A stretch of DNA of 64,000 nt from an uncultured Actinomycetota bacterium. GTDB taxonomy: Bacteria > Actinomycetota > Actinomycetes > Actinomycetales > Micrococcaceae. The notes beneath the pieces are model-generated. The model made no database searches. It worked only from the letters and a program-made list of their open reading frames with translations, and was not told where the DNA came from. Position numbers and translations under genes: made by a program. Shown here piece after piece: positions 11,874 to 21,600 of this stretch. Position 1 is the first letter of the stretch; each line of letters begins with the position of its first letter. Where the stretch lies: positions 110,978 through 174,977 of the forward strand of contig CAWECX010000008.1 in the NCBI GenBank assembly GCA_963807805.1, in the 5' to 3' direction.

Positions 11874-13278
11874 CTAGACCATTGTCAGCGCCATGCCGGG
11901 GTCGGCGAGGATGGCGCCGACGTCGGCGAGGAACCGCGAACCCTGCTCTCCGTCCACCAGCCGGTGGTCGAAGGACAGGCTCAGGGTCATGACCTGACGG
12001 AGGGCTACTTCTCCCTGGTATTCCCACGGCGTGTTCCGGACAGCCCCCATGGCCAGGATGGCGGCCTCGCCCGGATTCAGGATGGGCGTGCCGGCATCGA
12101 TGCCAAAGACGCCGATATTGGTGATGGAGATGGTGCCGCCTGCCAGCTCTGCCGGGGTCGTTTTCCCGGCCCGCGCCGACTCGGTCAGGGCGGTGAGGGC
12201 CTCTGACAGTCCGGTCAGCGACAGCGTGTCCGCGTCCTTGATGTTGGGAACGGTGAGGCCCCGGGGCGTTGCAGCGGCGATGCCGAGGTTCACATAGTTG
12301 AACTGCACAATCTCCTGGTTCGCCTCGTCCCAGCGCGAGTTCAGCGACGGGATTGCGCCGCAGCGCGATGAGCACGGCCTTTGCCACGATGGTCAGCGGC
12401 GTGAGCTTGTGGCCCGAGAAGGTCCTGCTGGCCTTCAGCCTGTGCGAGCAGGTCCATGGTGGGGGTGACGTCCACGGTGAGGAACTCGGTCACATGCGGT
12501 GCGGTGAACGCGCTGGCAACCATCGCCGCCGCCGTGAACTTCCGGACGCCCTTGATGGGCGTGCGGGTCTCACGCGCCTGGCCGCCAACGGAACCGGCGG
12601 GTCCTGCCTGCCCGGCGTCAGGCACGGCCGACAGTGATGGGCAGCCACCGGGAGCATCGCCGCCGACGAAGCTCCGGACATCCTCGCGGGTGATCAGTCC
12701 TCCCGGGCCGGTGCCCGGTACAGCGGCCAGGTCCACGCCCAGGTCCTTGGCCAGCTTCCGGACAGGCGGCGTGGAGCGTGGGCGTTCGGTGGACTGCCGG
12801 GTCAGGACAGCTGGTCGATGGCTTCGACCACGGCTCGGTAGCCGCGGCGGCGGGCTACGCCCGGCCGCAGTGGTCGAGGATGCGGGGCCGCCGCGTGGGC
12901 CGGCCGGAACTTTCGACGACGGCGCCGTACCCCACAAGGTTGGGTTCCCGCTTGCCGGTGGCCTCCGCCGCTGCGCCCCGGCAGCTTCGGCAGCAGCTGC
13001 GTCCGGAGCCTGCCGCGCCGGCGTCGTCCGCTACCTCGAAGGAGACGATCGGCTTGCCCGACCTCCACGACGGTGCCGGGCTGTTCGTGAAGTTCCGTGA
13101 TGACGCCGGCGAACGGCGACGGCAGCTCCACCACGGCCTTGGCGGTTTCCACCTCGGCGATGACCTGGTTGAGGCTGACGGTATCCCCCACCCCGACCTT
13201 CCAGCTGAGGATTTCGGATTCGGTGAGTCCTTCGCCCAGATCCGGGAGCCTGAATTCCTTGATCATGGTGGCGCTCAT
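11874..13278 (-). CDS. bkdC: Dihydrolipoamide acyltransferase E2 of branched-chain 2-oxoacid dehydrogenase; multiple frameshifts
   Basis: Lipoyl domain [12 protein letters not shown]...ETAKAVVE, E3-binding [14 protein letters not shown], catalytic SFDHRLVDG. Confidence 0.85.
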
Positions 13279-14286
13279 CCTTCCAGCCCGCTGAGGGAGT
13301 TCGGCCGGCCCAGTGCGCGGTCCACGCCGTCCAGGATCCGGTCCAGGCCCGGCAGGTGGTGCATTTCGAGCTTTGAGTACGGGTAGGGGATATCGAACCC
13401 GGTGACCCGGACGGGCGCGGCTTCGAGGTGGTAGAAGCACCGCTCGGTAATGCTGGCCGCCACTTCCGCACCGAGCCCGCCTGACTGGCCGGCCTCGTGG
13501 GTGACCACCAGCCGGCCGGTTTTCCGCACGGAGGCTTCAACGGTGGCGTAGTCCACCGGTGCCAGCGAGCGCAGGTCGATGACCTCGATGGAAATCCCTT
13601 CGTCTGCCGCGGCGGTGGCGGCGTCCCGGGCGGTCTTGACCAGCGGCCCGTAGGCCACGAGCGTCACGTCGGTGCCCTCGGCCAGTACCCGCGCCTGGTC
13701 CATGGGCAGGGCGGTGGACAGGTCAATGCCCTCATCCACTTCGCCTTTGTCGTGGTAGCGGCGTTTGGGCTCGAAGTACAGGACGGGATCGTCGCAGGAG
13801 ATGGCCTGCTGGATGACGGTGTGGGCGTCCTGCGGGTTCGACACGGTGACCACCCGCAGGCCGGAGGTGTGGGTGAAGTAGGCCTCAGGCGACTCGGAGT
13901 GGTGCTCGGGCGAGCCGATGCCGCCGCCGAACGGGCACCCGGATGGTGATGGGCATCTTCACCGCGCCGCGGGTGCGGTAGTGCAGCTTGGCCACCTGGC
14001 TCACGATCTGGTCGAACGCGGGGTAGATGAAGCCGTCGAACTGGATCTCCACCACGGGCCGGTAGCCGCGGTAGGCAAGGCCGACGGCGGTGCCCATGAT
14101 GGCCGACTCGGCCAGCGGGGTGTCCACCACGCGGTGCTTGCCGAAGTCCTTCTGCAGCCCGTCGGTCACACGGAAGACGCCGCCGAGGGTGCCGATGTCC
14201 TCGCCCATGAGGATGACTTTGGGATCGTTCTCCAGGGATTTGCGCAGGCCGGCGTTGATGGCGCGGGCAAAGGTCATCTGGGTCAT
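13275..14286 (-). CDS. bkdB: 2-oxoacid dehydrogenase E1 beta subunit; frameshift near 13935
   Basis: [41 protein letters not shown]. Confidence 0.88.
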
Positions 14287-15464
14287 CAGCGTGCACCTTC
14301 CTCTGAAGCGGCTCCTGCGGGATCACCGAAGGATGCCAGGTAACGGGAGTAGTGGTCCTGCTGCCGGTCCAGCCAGGAATTGGGTGAGCTGTACACGTGC
14401 TTGAAGACGTCCAGGGGCTCCGGGTCCGGCATGTTGATGCAGCCGGCGCGCATCTCGCGCGGCCACGGCGTCCGCCTTGGCCTTGACCTGCTGCTGCAGG
14501 TGCTCCGTCAGGAGGCCCTTGCGTTCCAGGAGGGACCTGACCCTGGAGATCGGGTCCTTGGCGGCCCAGTCCTCCAGTTCGTTGGCGTCCCGGTACCTGG
14601 TGGGATCATCCGCGGTCGTGTGCGGACCCATGCGGTAGGTGACTGCCTCGATGAAGGTGGGCCCGCCGCCGCGGCGGGCGCGGTCCAGGGCAACCCGGGT
14701 GGCTGCCATGACGGCGAGGACGTCGTTGCCGTCGACCCGCAGGCTGGGGATGCCGAACCCGGCGGCCCTGTCCGCGAGCTGGATGTGGGACTGGAGCCGG
14801 ACCGGTTCCGAGATGGCCCAGTGGTTGTTCGGGCAGAAGAAGACCACAGGCGCCTGGAAGCTGGCGGCGAACACCATGGCTTCATTGACGTCGCCTTCGC
14901 TCGTGGCACCGTCCCCGAAGTAGGTCACCGCCACGGAATCTGCGCCGTCGTTCTGGATCCCCATGGCGTAGCCGGTGGCGTGGAGGGTCTGCGCGCCGAT
15001 GATGATCTGCGGCGTGGCCATGTTGATGGTGTACGGATCCCAGCCGCAGGACGCGTTGCCGCGCCAGACCCGGAGGATGTCCGTCAGGTCCACGCCGCGG
15101 CAATAGGCCACACCGTTCTCGCGGTAGCTGGAGAACACGAAGTCGTCCCCGCGCAGGGCCCTGCCCGAGCCGATCTGTGCCGCTTCCTGGCCCAGCAGCG
15201 GGGGCCACAGGGCGAGTTCGCCCTGCCGCTGGAGGGCGGTGGCCTCGACGTCGATGCGCCGGATCACCGTCATGTCCTCGTAGAGGGAGCACAGCTGTTC
15301 ATCCGTGATGTCCTGGACCCAGGGGTCGAATTCCGGGTGGCTGATCCGCTCTCCCGCCGGGGTGATCAGCTGGATCAGGCTCCGGCCAGGTCCATCGGAT
15401 TCCTGCACTGCTGCCCGGGCCCCCGGAGCTTGTACCTGCCCTGGCCCGTTTCGTCTGTAGACAC
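14286..15464 (-). CDS. bkdA: 2-oxoacid dehydrogenase E1 alpha subunit; frameshifts near 15410 and 14460 (start approximate)
   Basis: LQRQGEL, GQEAAQIG, TPP motif FGDGATSEGD...NNHWAIS, YRMGPHTTADDPTRYR; TGATG overlap with E1 beta. Confidence 0.88.
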
Positions 15465-15557
15465 GATCGCCCGCAACCTTCTCACGTCGTTTGACCGGCG
15501 CCTGGGGACTTGTGGTCCCGCCGGCCGCCCGCCGCCCGGGCGCCGTTGCCCCGGATA

Positions 15558-15577
15558 ATTGTGACCCTACTCACAAT
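15558..15577. promoter_or_regulatory. CRP/GlxR-type site TGTGA-N6-TCACA
   Basis: ATTGTGA-CCCTAC-TCACAAT, a perfect consensus match between divergent bkdA and lrp. Confidence 0.75.
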
Positions 15578-15660
15578 GCTCAATGGGTACAACCACCGCC
15601 GCGGATAACTGAGCATAATGCCCTGTTGACGCGGCTGCCACCGTGCTACCGTTGCGCATT

Positions 15661-16135
15661 ATGCAAGCTCTGGATGGCACTGACACCCGCCTGCTTTCCG
15701 CCACTGGCCAAGGACCCGCGGCGGACCGTGGTGGCGCTCGCCCAGAAGCTGGGCCTGTCCCGCAATACCGTCCAGGCCAGGATGGCGCAGCTGGAGAAGA
15801 AGCACGTCTTCCTGTCCTTTGAACGCCGGATCAATCCGGCCTCCCTGGGGTACCCGCTGATGGCCTTCATCTCCGTGCACGTCCAGCAGCAGAAACTGGG
15901 GCAGCTGGCGCACGACCTCGCCGGCATCCCGGAAATACTGGAAGGATACGGCCTCACCGGGTCAGCGGACCTGCTGCTGCGCGTGGTTGCCCTGGATGCG
16001 GAGGACCTGTTCCGCATCAACGGCAAGATCCTTGCGTGCGACGGGGTGGAGCGGACTGACACCGCACTGGCCATGGGTGAGCTCATCCCGTTCCGCATCC
16101 AGCCGCTTCTTGAGCGCGGGCCAGCGGAAGCATAG
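15661..16135 (+). CDS. Lrp/AsnC-family regulator (BkdR-like); frameshift near 15702
   Basis: MQALDGTDTRLLSA / LAKDPRRTVVALAQKLGLSRNTVQARM HTH; GLTGSADLLLRV effector domain; divergent from bkdABC. Confidence 0.88.
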
Positions 16136-16291
16136 GACCCGGTGCCCCATGCCAGGGCTGCTGATGACCGATGTCAGGGCTGCACGGGCCGGGTTATAGG
16201 CTGGTCCAAGGTCAATCCGAGGGGTGCCGTCCAGCCGGCTCCCACCAGTAAGGCAGTGCCAGTGGATCAACGCTGCCGGAAAGGCTCCATC

Positions 16292-17014
16292 GTGAGCAAT
16301 CCCCAGGAACCGTACCAGCCGGGCAGGCCCGACGGCGGCCCGCGGCAGCCGCCTGCGCCGGACCACCTGCCGACGGGACAGCCGACGCATGGGATGCAGC
16401 CGGGCGGCGGACAGCAGCAGAGCGCGCCCGGGTATCACGGCGCCCGGGTATCGGGCGCCGCAGGACGGGACTCCGCCGTACGGGACTCCGCCGTCGAACC
16501 AGCAGGGTGGGTACCCCGGCCAGTCCGGAACCCCCGGCCCGTATGCCGGAGCGGGGCGTTTGGCCTCCCCGGCCAGCCGCCGGCGCCCAAACGCCGGAAG
16601 CTGTGGATCATCCTCGGCATCGTTGGCGGCGTGGTCCTGCTGGCGGTCATCGGAATCATCGTCCTGTTCAACGTCGTGAACGGCGCAACGAACCAGGCCC
16701 GGGGACTCGCGGACAGCTTCACCAAGCTGGTCATCGCCGGGGAGAGCTCCAAGGCCTACGACGACTACCTTGATCCCGCCCTTCAGGAACAGGTGTCCAA
16801 GGAAGACTTCATCGCAGGGGTCCGGACCCTTGAGATGGACGGCACCTGCACCCCTTCGTACAACGACGTCCAGGTAGCCTCGGAGAACAGCAGGAAGTCC
16901 GCCGACATCGCCGGGGTGATCTCCTGCGACGGCAAGGAGGTTGACCTCGCCTACCGCTTCGAAGGCACCGGAGAGCTCAAGATGACCGAAATCAAGCTTC
17001 GGCCCAAGGCCTGA
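16292..17014 (+). CDS. Hypothetical membrane-anchored protein with Pro/Gln/Gly-rich N-terminus (compensating frameshifts ~16435/16540 likely)
   Basis: KRRK-LWIILGIVGGVVLLAVIGIIVLF TM helix, then a small extracytoplasmic domain with two Cys. Confidence 0.7.
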   Translation: MSNPQEPYQPGRPDGGPRQPPAPDHLPTGQPTHGMQPGGGQQQSAPGYHGARVSGAAGRDSAVRDSAVEPAGWVPRPVRNPRPVCRSGAFGLPGQPPAPKRRKLWIILGIVGGVVLLAVIGIIVLFNVVNGATNQARGLADSFTKLVIAGESSKAYDDYLDPALQEQVSKEDFIAGVRTLEMDGTCTPSYNDVQVASENSRKSADIAGVISCDGKEVDLAYRFEGTGELKMTEIKLRPKA

Positions 17015-17026
17015 GCGCTGCCGGTC

Positions 17027-17068
17027 ACAACAGAGCCCCCGCGCCGCAAGGCACGGGGGCTCTGTTGT
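17027..17068. terminator. Bidirectional hairpin terminator
   Basis: ACAACAGAGCCCCCG...CGGGGGCTCTGTTGT inverted repeat between convergent genes. Confidence 0.85.
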
Positions 17069-17100
17069 CAGTCCGGCGGTCCCCGGCGGGAGGAACCGTG

Positions 17101-18717
17101 TCAGTGGTCCACCGCCTTCTCCGCACCGACGCCGGTGAGGGACCTTACTTCCATCTCGGCCTGCTTGGCGGTGTCCTCGCGGTTCTTGTCCAGCACCGTG
17201 CCGAGCCAGCCGAGCAGGAACGCCAGCGGGATGGAGACGATGCCCGGGTTGCTGAGCGGGAAGATCGCGAAGTTGGCATCCTTGATCATGGAGGTCGCCC
17301 CGCCGGATACCACCGGTGAGAAAATGATCAGGATGATGGCCGAGCCCAGGCCGCCGTACATGCTCCACACCGCACCCTGGGTGGTGAAGCGGCGCCAGAA
17401 CAGGGAGTAGACGATGGTGGGCAGGTTGGCCGACGCCGCGACAGCGAAGGCCAGTGCCACCAGGAACGCCACGTTCTGGCCGTTGGCGAAGATACCGCCC
17501 AGGATGGCCATCACGCCGATGACCACTACCGTACGACGGGCCACCTTGACCTCGGTCTCGGCGTCGGCCTTCCCCTTGGAGATGACGCTGGCGTAGATGT
17601 CATGGGCGAAGGATGCGGCTGCGGTGATGGTCAGGCCGGCGACCACTGCCAGGATGGTGGCGAAGGCCACCGCGGAGATGAAGCCCAGCAGCAGCGGGCC
17701 GCCAAGGTGGAAGGCCAGGAGCGGTGCTGCGGAGTTGACGCCGCCGGGTGCGCCCTTGATGGTGTCGGCACCCACGAGGGCTGCTGCGCCATAGCCGAGG
17801 ACCAGGGTGAAAAGGTAGAACAGGCCGATCAGCCAGATGGACCAGACCACTGACTTGCGGGCTTCTTTGGCCGTAGGCACGGTGTAGAAGCGCATGAGCA
17901 CGTGCGGCAGGGCAGCCGTGCCCAGGACCAGGGCCAGGCCCAGGGACATGAAGTCCAGCTTGGAGGTCTCGGTCTTGCCGTACTGCAGGCCGGGGTTCAG
18001 CACCGCCGGGTTGCCGGAGGTCTCAACTGCTGCGCCCAGGAGGCTGGAAAGGTTGAAGCCGTAGATGGCCAGTACCCAGAAAGTCATCACGGCCGCGCCG
18101 GCGATCAGCAGGATTGCCTTGATGATCTGGACCCAGGTGGTGCCCTTCATGCCACCTATCAGTACGTAAGTGATCATCAGGGCCCCGACGACGATGATCA
18201 CCAGCGCCTGTCCGCTCCAGTCGCTGATGCCCAGGAGGAGGGAGATGAGGCTGCCGGCGCCGGCCATCTGGGCCAGCAGGTAGAAGAAGCAGACAGCCAA
18301 GGTGGAGATGGCTGCCGCGATCCTGACCGGGCGCTGCTTCAGCCGGAAGGACAGGACGTCGGCCATGGTGAACTTGCCGGTGTTGCGGAGCAGCTCCGCT
18401 ACCAGCAGGAGGGCAACGAGCCAGGCCACCAGGAACCCGATCGAGTACATGAACCCGTCGTACCCGTTGATGGCAATGGCACCGGTAATGCCCAGGAACG
18501 AAGCGGCCGAGAGGTAGTCTCCGGCGATGGCCGTGCCGTTCTGGGAGCCCGTGAAGGACCGCCCCGCCGCGTAGTAGTCTGCAGCGGTCTTGTTGTTCCG
18601 GCTGGCCCGGAGCACGATCACCATGGTGACGGCAACGAACAGGCCGAAGATCCCCATGTTCAGGAGCGTTGTTTCCTTGAGGTCGGCGACGTCTACCGCC
18701 GCGGCAATGCCGATCAT
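17101..18717 (-). CDS. actP: Cation/acetate (monocarboxylate) symporter, SLC5/SSS family
   Basis: AIAGDYLSAASFLG, GGMKGTTWVQIIKA, LGTAALPHVLMRFYTVP, AFATILAVVAGL motifs. Confidence 0.92.
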   Translation of the reverse strand: MIGIAAAVDVADLKETTLLNMGIFGLFVAVTMVIVLRASRNNKTAADYYAAGRSFTGSQNGTAIAGDYLSAASFLGITGAIAINGYDGFMYSIGFLVAWLVALLLVAELLRNTGKFTMADVLSFRLKQRPVRIAAAISTLAVCFFYLLAQMAGAGSLISLLLGISDWSGQALVIIVVGALMITYVLIGGMKGTTWVQIIKAILLIAGAAVMTFWVLAIYGFNLSSLLGAAVETSGNPAVLNPGLQYGKTETSKLDFMSLGLALVLGTAALPHVLMRFYTVPTAKEARKSVVWSIWLIGLFYLFTLVLGYGAAALVGADTIKGAPGGVNSAAPLLAFHLGGPLLLGFISAVAFATILAVVAGLTITAAASFAHDIYASVISKGKADAETEVKVARRTVVVIGVMAILGGIFANGQNVAFLVALAFAVAASANLPTIVYSLFWRRFTTQGAVWSMYGGLGSAIILIIFSPVVSGGATSMIKDANFAIFPLSNPGIVSIPLAFLLGWLGTVLDKNREDTAKQAEMEVRSLTGVGAEKAVDH

Positions 18718-19094
18718 TTGTTCACTCCGGTCACGACGTTGCCGTCCTTATCAAATTCATGGCCTTCGATTTCGTTGCGGATCTCCGCGGCGATCGGATC
18801 CAGCCTGCGGTTGGAATAGCTGACATACCAGCCGGTGATGGCGAACGTGGTGACGAACTGCAGCAGGCCCAGGATCAGGCCGACGTTGATGTTGCCCCAC
18901 ACCTTGGTGGACATGAAGCCGACCGCGTAGTCCGCCAGCAGGACGTACGCGAAGTACCACAGCAGAAAGACGACGGCCATGGGGAACACAAAGCTGCGGT
19001 GACGTTTGCGCAGTTCCTGGAACCGCGCCGTCGACTGGACCTGCTCGAAGTCCACGGACGCCGCTGCGTCCGGGGTCTGGGCATCATTACCCAT
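18714..19094 (-). CDS. DUF485 (YjcH-like) small membrane partner of ActP
   Basis: FQELRKRHRSFVFPM, two TM helices, LGLLQFVTTF; ATGA overlap with actP. Confidence 0.9.
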   Translation of the reverse strand: MGNDAQTPDAAASVDFEQVQSTARFQELRKRHRSFVFPMAVVFLLWYFAYVLLADYAVGFMSTKVWGNINVGLILGLLQFVTTFAITGWYVSYSNRRLDPIAAEIRNEIEGHEFDKDGNVVTGVNK

Positions 19095-19160
19095 CGTTCC
19101 TCCTCATTGAGAACTTGCCTGGTTCACACCGGTCGCCGCCTGCGGGCAGGATACGCTCAA

Positions 19161-19176
19161 TGTGACTGCAATCACT
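19161..19176. promoter_or_regulatory. CRP/GlxR-like site
   Basis: TGTGA-CTGCAA-TCACT (one mismatch) upstream of DUF485-actP. Confidence 0.6.
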
Positions 19177-19215
19177 GTGCGCCGTGACGGGCGCTACATT
19201 CCAGAGGCCCCGGTG

Positions 19216-19257
19216 CAACGGTCGCTCAACGGTCGCGATGCTGCGACTAACGGTGCC
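19216..19257. promoter_or_regulatory. Direct repeats, candidate LytTR binding site
   Basis: CAACGGTCGC at 19216 and 19227, plus TAACGGTGCC at 19248 (21 bp after the second copy). Confidence 0.5.
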
Positions 19258-19276
19258 CGCCGCTACGCTGGGCACC

Positions 19277-20467
19277 ATGCCGGACTCTCCGCTCTTCACC
19301 GCCGCAGCCGTCGCCGTGATCGTGCTGGCGATCGCCGTCGTCGTCTTCGTGGGCATCAAAGTGCTGCGGTCCTTCCGTGAGCTGGGCACCGACGCCGAGC
19401 GCGCCACCTACAACACCCTGCACGCCGCGTCCCGCGCGGGCCAGCACCTGCGGACGGGGCTCAACCCCACGGGGGCGGCCAAGGCCAGCCGGCAGCTGCG
19501 CAACCTCCTCGGCTGTGATGCGCTGGCCATCACCGATACGGCGGGTGTCCTGGCCTGGGACGGAGCAGCGGAGGAACTGAAGCCGCTCCTGATGGAGCTG
19601 GCCGCCGACGTCCTGGCCGGCGGCAGGACCACCGTGATCCAGCCCCGGGATCTTGGTGCCGGAGCTCCCTCCGGGAACCTCGCCGCGGTGATCGCGCCCG
19701 TCAGGGCCGGGTCCCGGGTGGTGGGCGTGGTGGCCGCTTTCGCCCCGGCAGCCGGCGCCGGCCTGGTCCGTGCCACCGGCGAAGTCGCCGACTGGGTGGC
19801 CGTCCAGGTGGAACTGGCCGAGCTGGATGCGTCCCGGACGCTGCTGATGGAGGCGGAGGTACGTGCTCTTCGCGCCCAGATCAGCCCGCATTTCATCTAC
19901 AACTCGCTCAATGCGATCGCCTCATTCATCAACACCGACCCTGCGCGGGCCAGGGAACTCGTTGTGGAGTTCGCCGACTTCACCCGGTACTCGTTCCGCC
20001 GACACGGCGACTTCACCACGCTCGCCGAAGAGCTGCGGTGCATCGACCGGTATCTGTTGCTGGAGCGGGCCCGGTTCGGGGACCGGGTACAGGTCAGCCT
20101 CCGGGTTGCCCCCGAAGTGCTGGGTACCGTGATCCCGTTCCTCAGCCTGCAGCCCCTGGTGGAGAACGCCGTGCGGCACGGCCTCGAAGCCAAGGAAGGA
20201 CCGGGCCACATCAGCATCACCGCTGAGGATTCCGGCGCATTCGCTGAAGTCACCATTGAGGACGACGGCGTCGGCATGGATCCTGCCCAGCTGCAGTCCA
20301 TGCTCGCGGGCCACAGCGACGGAGACCACGTGGGGCTGCGGAACGTGGACGCACGGCTCCGCCAGGTCTATGGCGACGAGCACGGCCTGGTCATCGAGAC
20401 CGCGCCGGGCGAAGGGACCCTGATCACCATGCGGGTGCCCAAGTCGCAGCCGGGACACGACGCCTGA
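19277..20467 (+). CDS. LytS/YehU-family sensor histidine kinase
   Basis: EVRALRAQISPHFIYNSLN H-box, LQPLVENAVRHG, DDGVGM, VGLRNV; one N-terminal TM helix plus a GAF-like region; TACGCT 7 nt before ATG. Confidence 0.93.
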   Translation: MPDSPLFTAAAVAVIVLAIAVVVFVGIKVLRSFRELGTDAERATYNTLHAASRAGQHLRTGLNPTGAAKASRQLRNLLGCDALAITDTAGVLAWDGAAEELKPLLMELAADVLAGGRTTVIQPRDLGAGAPSGNLAAVIAPVRAGSRVVGVVAAFAPAAGAGLVRATGEVADWVAVQVELAELDASRTLLMEAEVRALRAQISPHFIYNSLNAIASFINTDPARARELVVEFADFTRYSFRRHGDFTTLAEELRCIDRYLLLERARFGDRVQVSLRVAPEVLGTVIPFLSLQPLVENAVRHGLEAKEGPGHISITAEDSGAFAEVTIEDDGVGMDPAQLQSMLAGHSDGDHVGLRNVDARLRQVYGDEHGLVIETAPGEGTLITMRVPKSQPGHDA

Positions 20468-20523
20468 GCAAACGCCCCTGCAAACCCCGGGGCACGCTTC
20501 GACGGGGCAGCTAATGTAGGACC

Positions 20524-21246
20524 ATGATTAACGTCCTCGTCGCCGATGACGAGCTGCCGGCAGTGGAGGAACTCGCCTACCTCCTGGGCCGGGACGACCG
20601 GATCGGCACCATCCACCGGGCGTCCTCCGGCTCCGAGGCGCTGCGGGCACTGAGCACCGAATCTGTGGACGCCGTCTTCCTCGACATCCACATGCCCGCG
20701 GTGTCCGGCCTGGACATCGCCCGGGCCATCGCCCGCAGCAGCCATCCGCCCGCGGTCGTGTTTGTCACCGCCGACGAGGACTGCGCCCTGGAAGCGTTTG
20801 AGCTCGCCGCCGTGGACTACCTCCTGAAGCCGGTCCGGGCCGAACGGCTGGCCCGCTCAGTGGGACGCATCAGCGAGCTGCTGCGCGACGGCGCCGGCCC
20901 GGCACCGGAGATGATCACCGTGGACCAGGGCGGAACCACCCGCATGATCAGGCGCGACGACGTAACCTACGTCCAGGCCCAGGGCGACTACGCCCGCCTC
21001 CACACAGCCGACGCCAGCTTCCTCATCAGGGTTCCCCTCGCCGACCTGGAACAGCAGTGGGCGGAGGCAGGGTTCATCCGCACCCACCGGTCCTACCTCG
21101 TGGCGCTCAAGCACGTGGCCTCCATGAAACTGGCGGCCGACGGACCCAGCGTCAGCGTGGCCGGGGCCAACCTCCCCATCAGCCGGCGCCACCTGCCAAC
21201 GGTCCGGGAGAAGCTGGAAGCCACCCGGATCCGGCCGCAGCTATGA
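20524..21246 (+). CDS. LytTR-family response regulator
   Basis: VLVADDE...FLDIHMP...DYLLKP receiver; FIRTHRSYLV LytTR motif. Confidence 0.95.
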   Translation: MINVLVADDELPAVEELAYLLGRDDRIGTIHRASSGSEALRALSTESVDAVFLDIHMPAVSGLDIARAIARSSHPPAVVFVTADEDCALEAFELAAVDYLLKPVRAERLARSVGRISELLRDGAGPAPEMITVDQGGTTRMIRRDDVTYVQAQGDYARLHTADASFLIRVPLADLEQQWAEAGFIRTHRSYLVALKHVASMKLAADGPSVSVAGANLPISRRHLPTVREKLEATRIRPQL

Positions 21247-21593
21247 CACGGATCCGGGTCACCGCGCCACCGTCCGCGGCCAGGCCCGCGGCCCAGACGC
21301 TGGAGGCGGCAGAGCAGTCGGTGGTCGGCCAGCTCTTTGTCAGGTCCCTGATCCGGTCCCAGCTGCGCCTGGCCCTGGTGGTGGCAGGCGGGTTCCTCCT
21401 GATCCTTGGGGCTTTCCCCCTGCTCCTGGCAGCCGTTCCAGGCCTGTCGGAAACACGCGTGGCGGGCATTCCCTTTGACTGGCTCCTGCTCGGTGCCGGC
21501 ATCTATCCGGTGATCGGCCTGAGCGCCTGGCTGTTCATCCGGACGGCTGCCCGGAACGAGGCCCGGTACCGCGACCTGGCCGAGGACAAGTGA
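21243..21593 (+). CDS. Small two-TM membrane protein (DUF485-like)
   Basis: MTRIRVTAP...RSLIRSQLRLAL + two TM helices + AARNE; ATGA overlap with the regulator. Confidence 0.78.
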   Translation: MTRIRVTAPPSAARPAAQTLEAAEQSVVGQLFVRSLIRSQLRLALVVAGGFLLILGAFPLLLAAVPGLSETRVAGIPFDWLLLGAGIYPVIGLSAWLFIRTAARNEARYRDLAEDK

Positions 21594-21600
21594 GGTTCCC

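Noticed and set aside
7151-15464. Programmed ribosomal frameshifting in the catabolic cluster
   Set aside because: No recurring slippery heptamers noticed; the breaks are numerous and scattered, which fits sequencing error better
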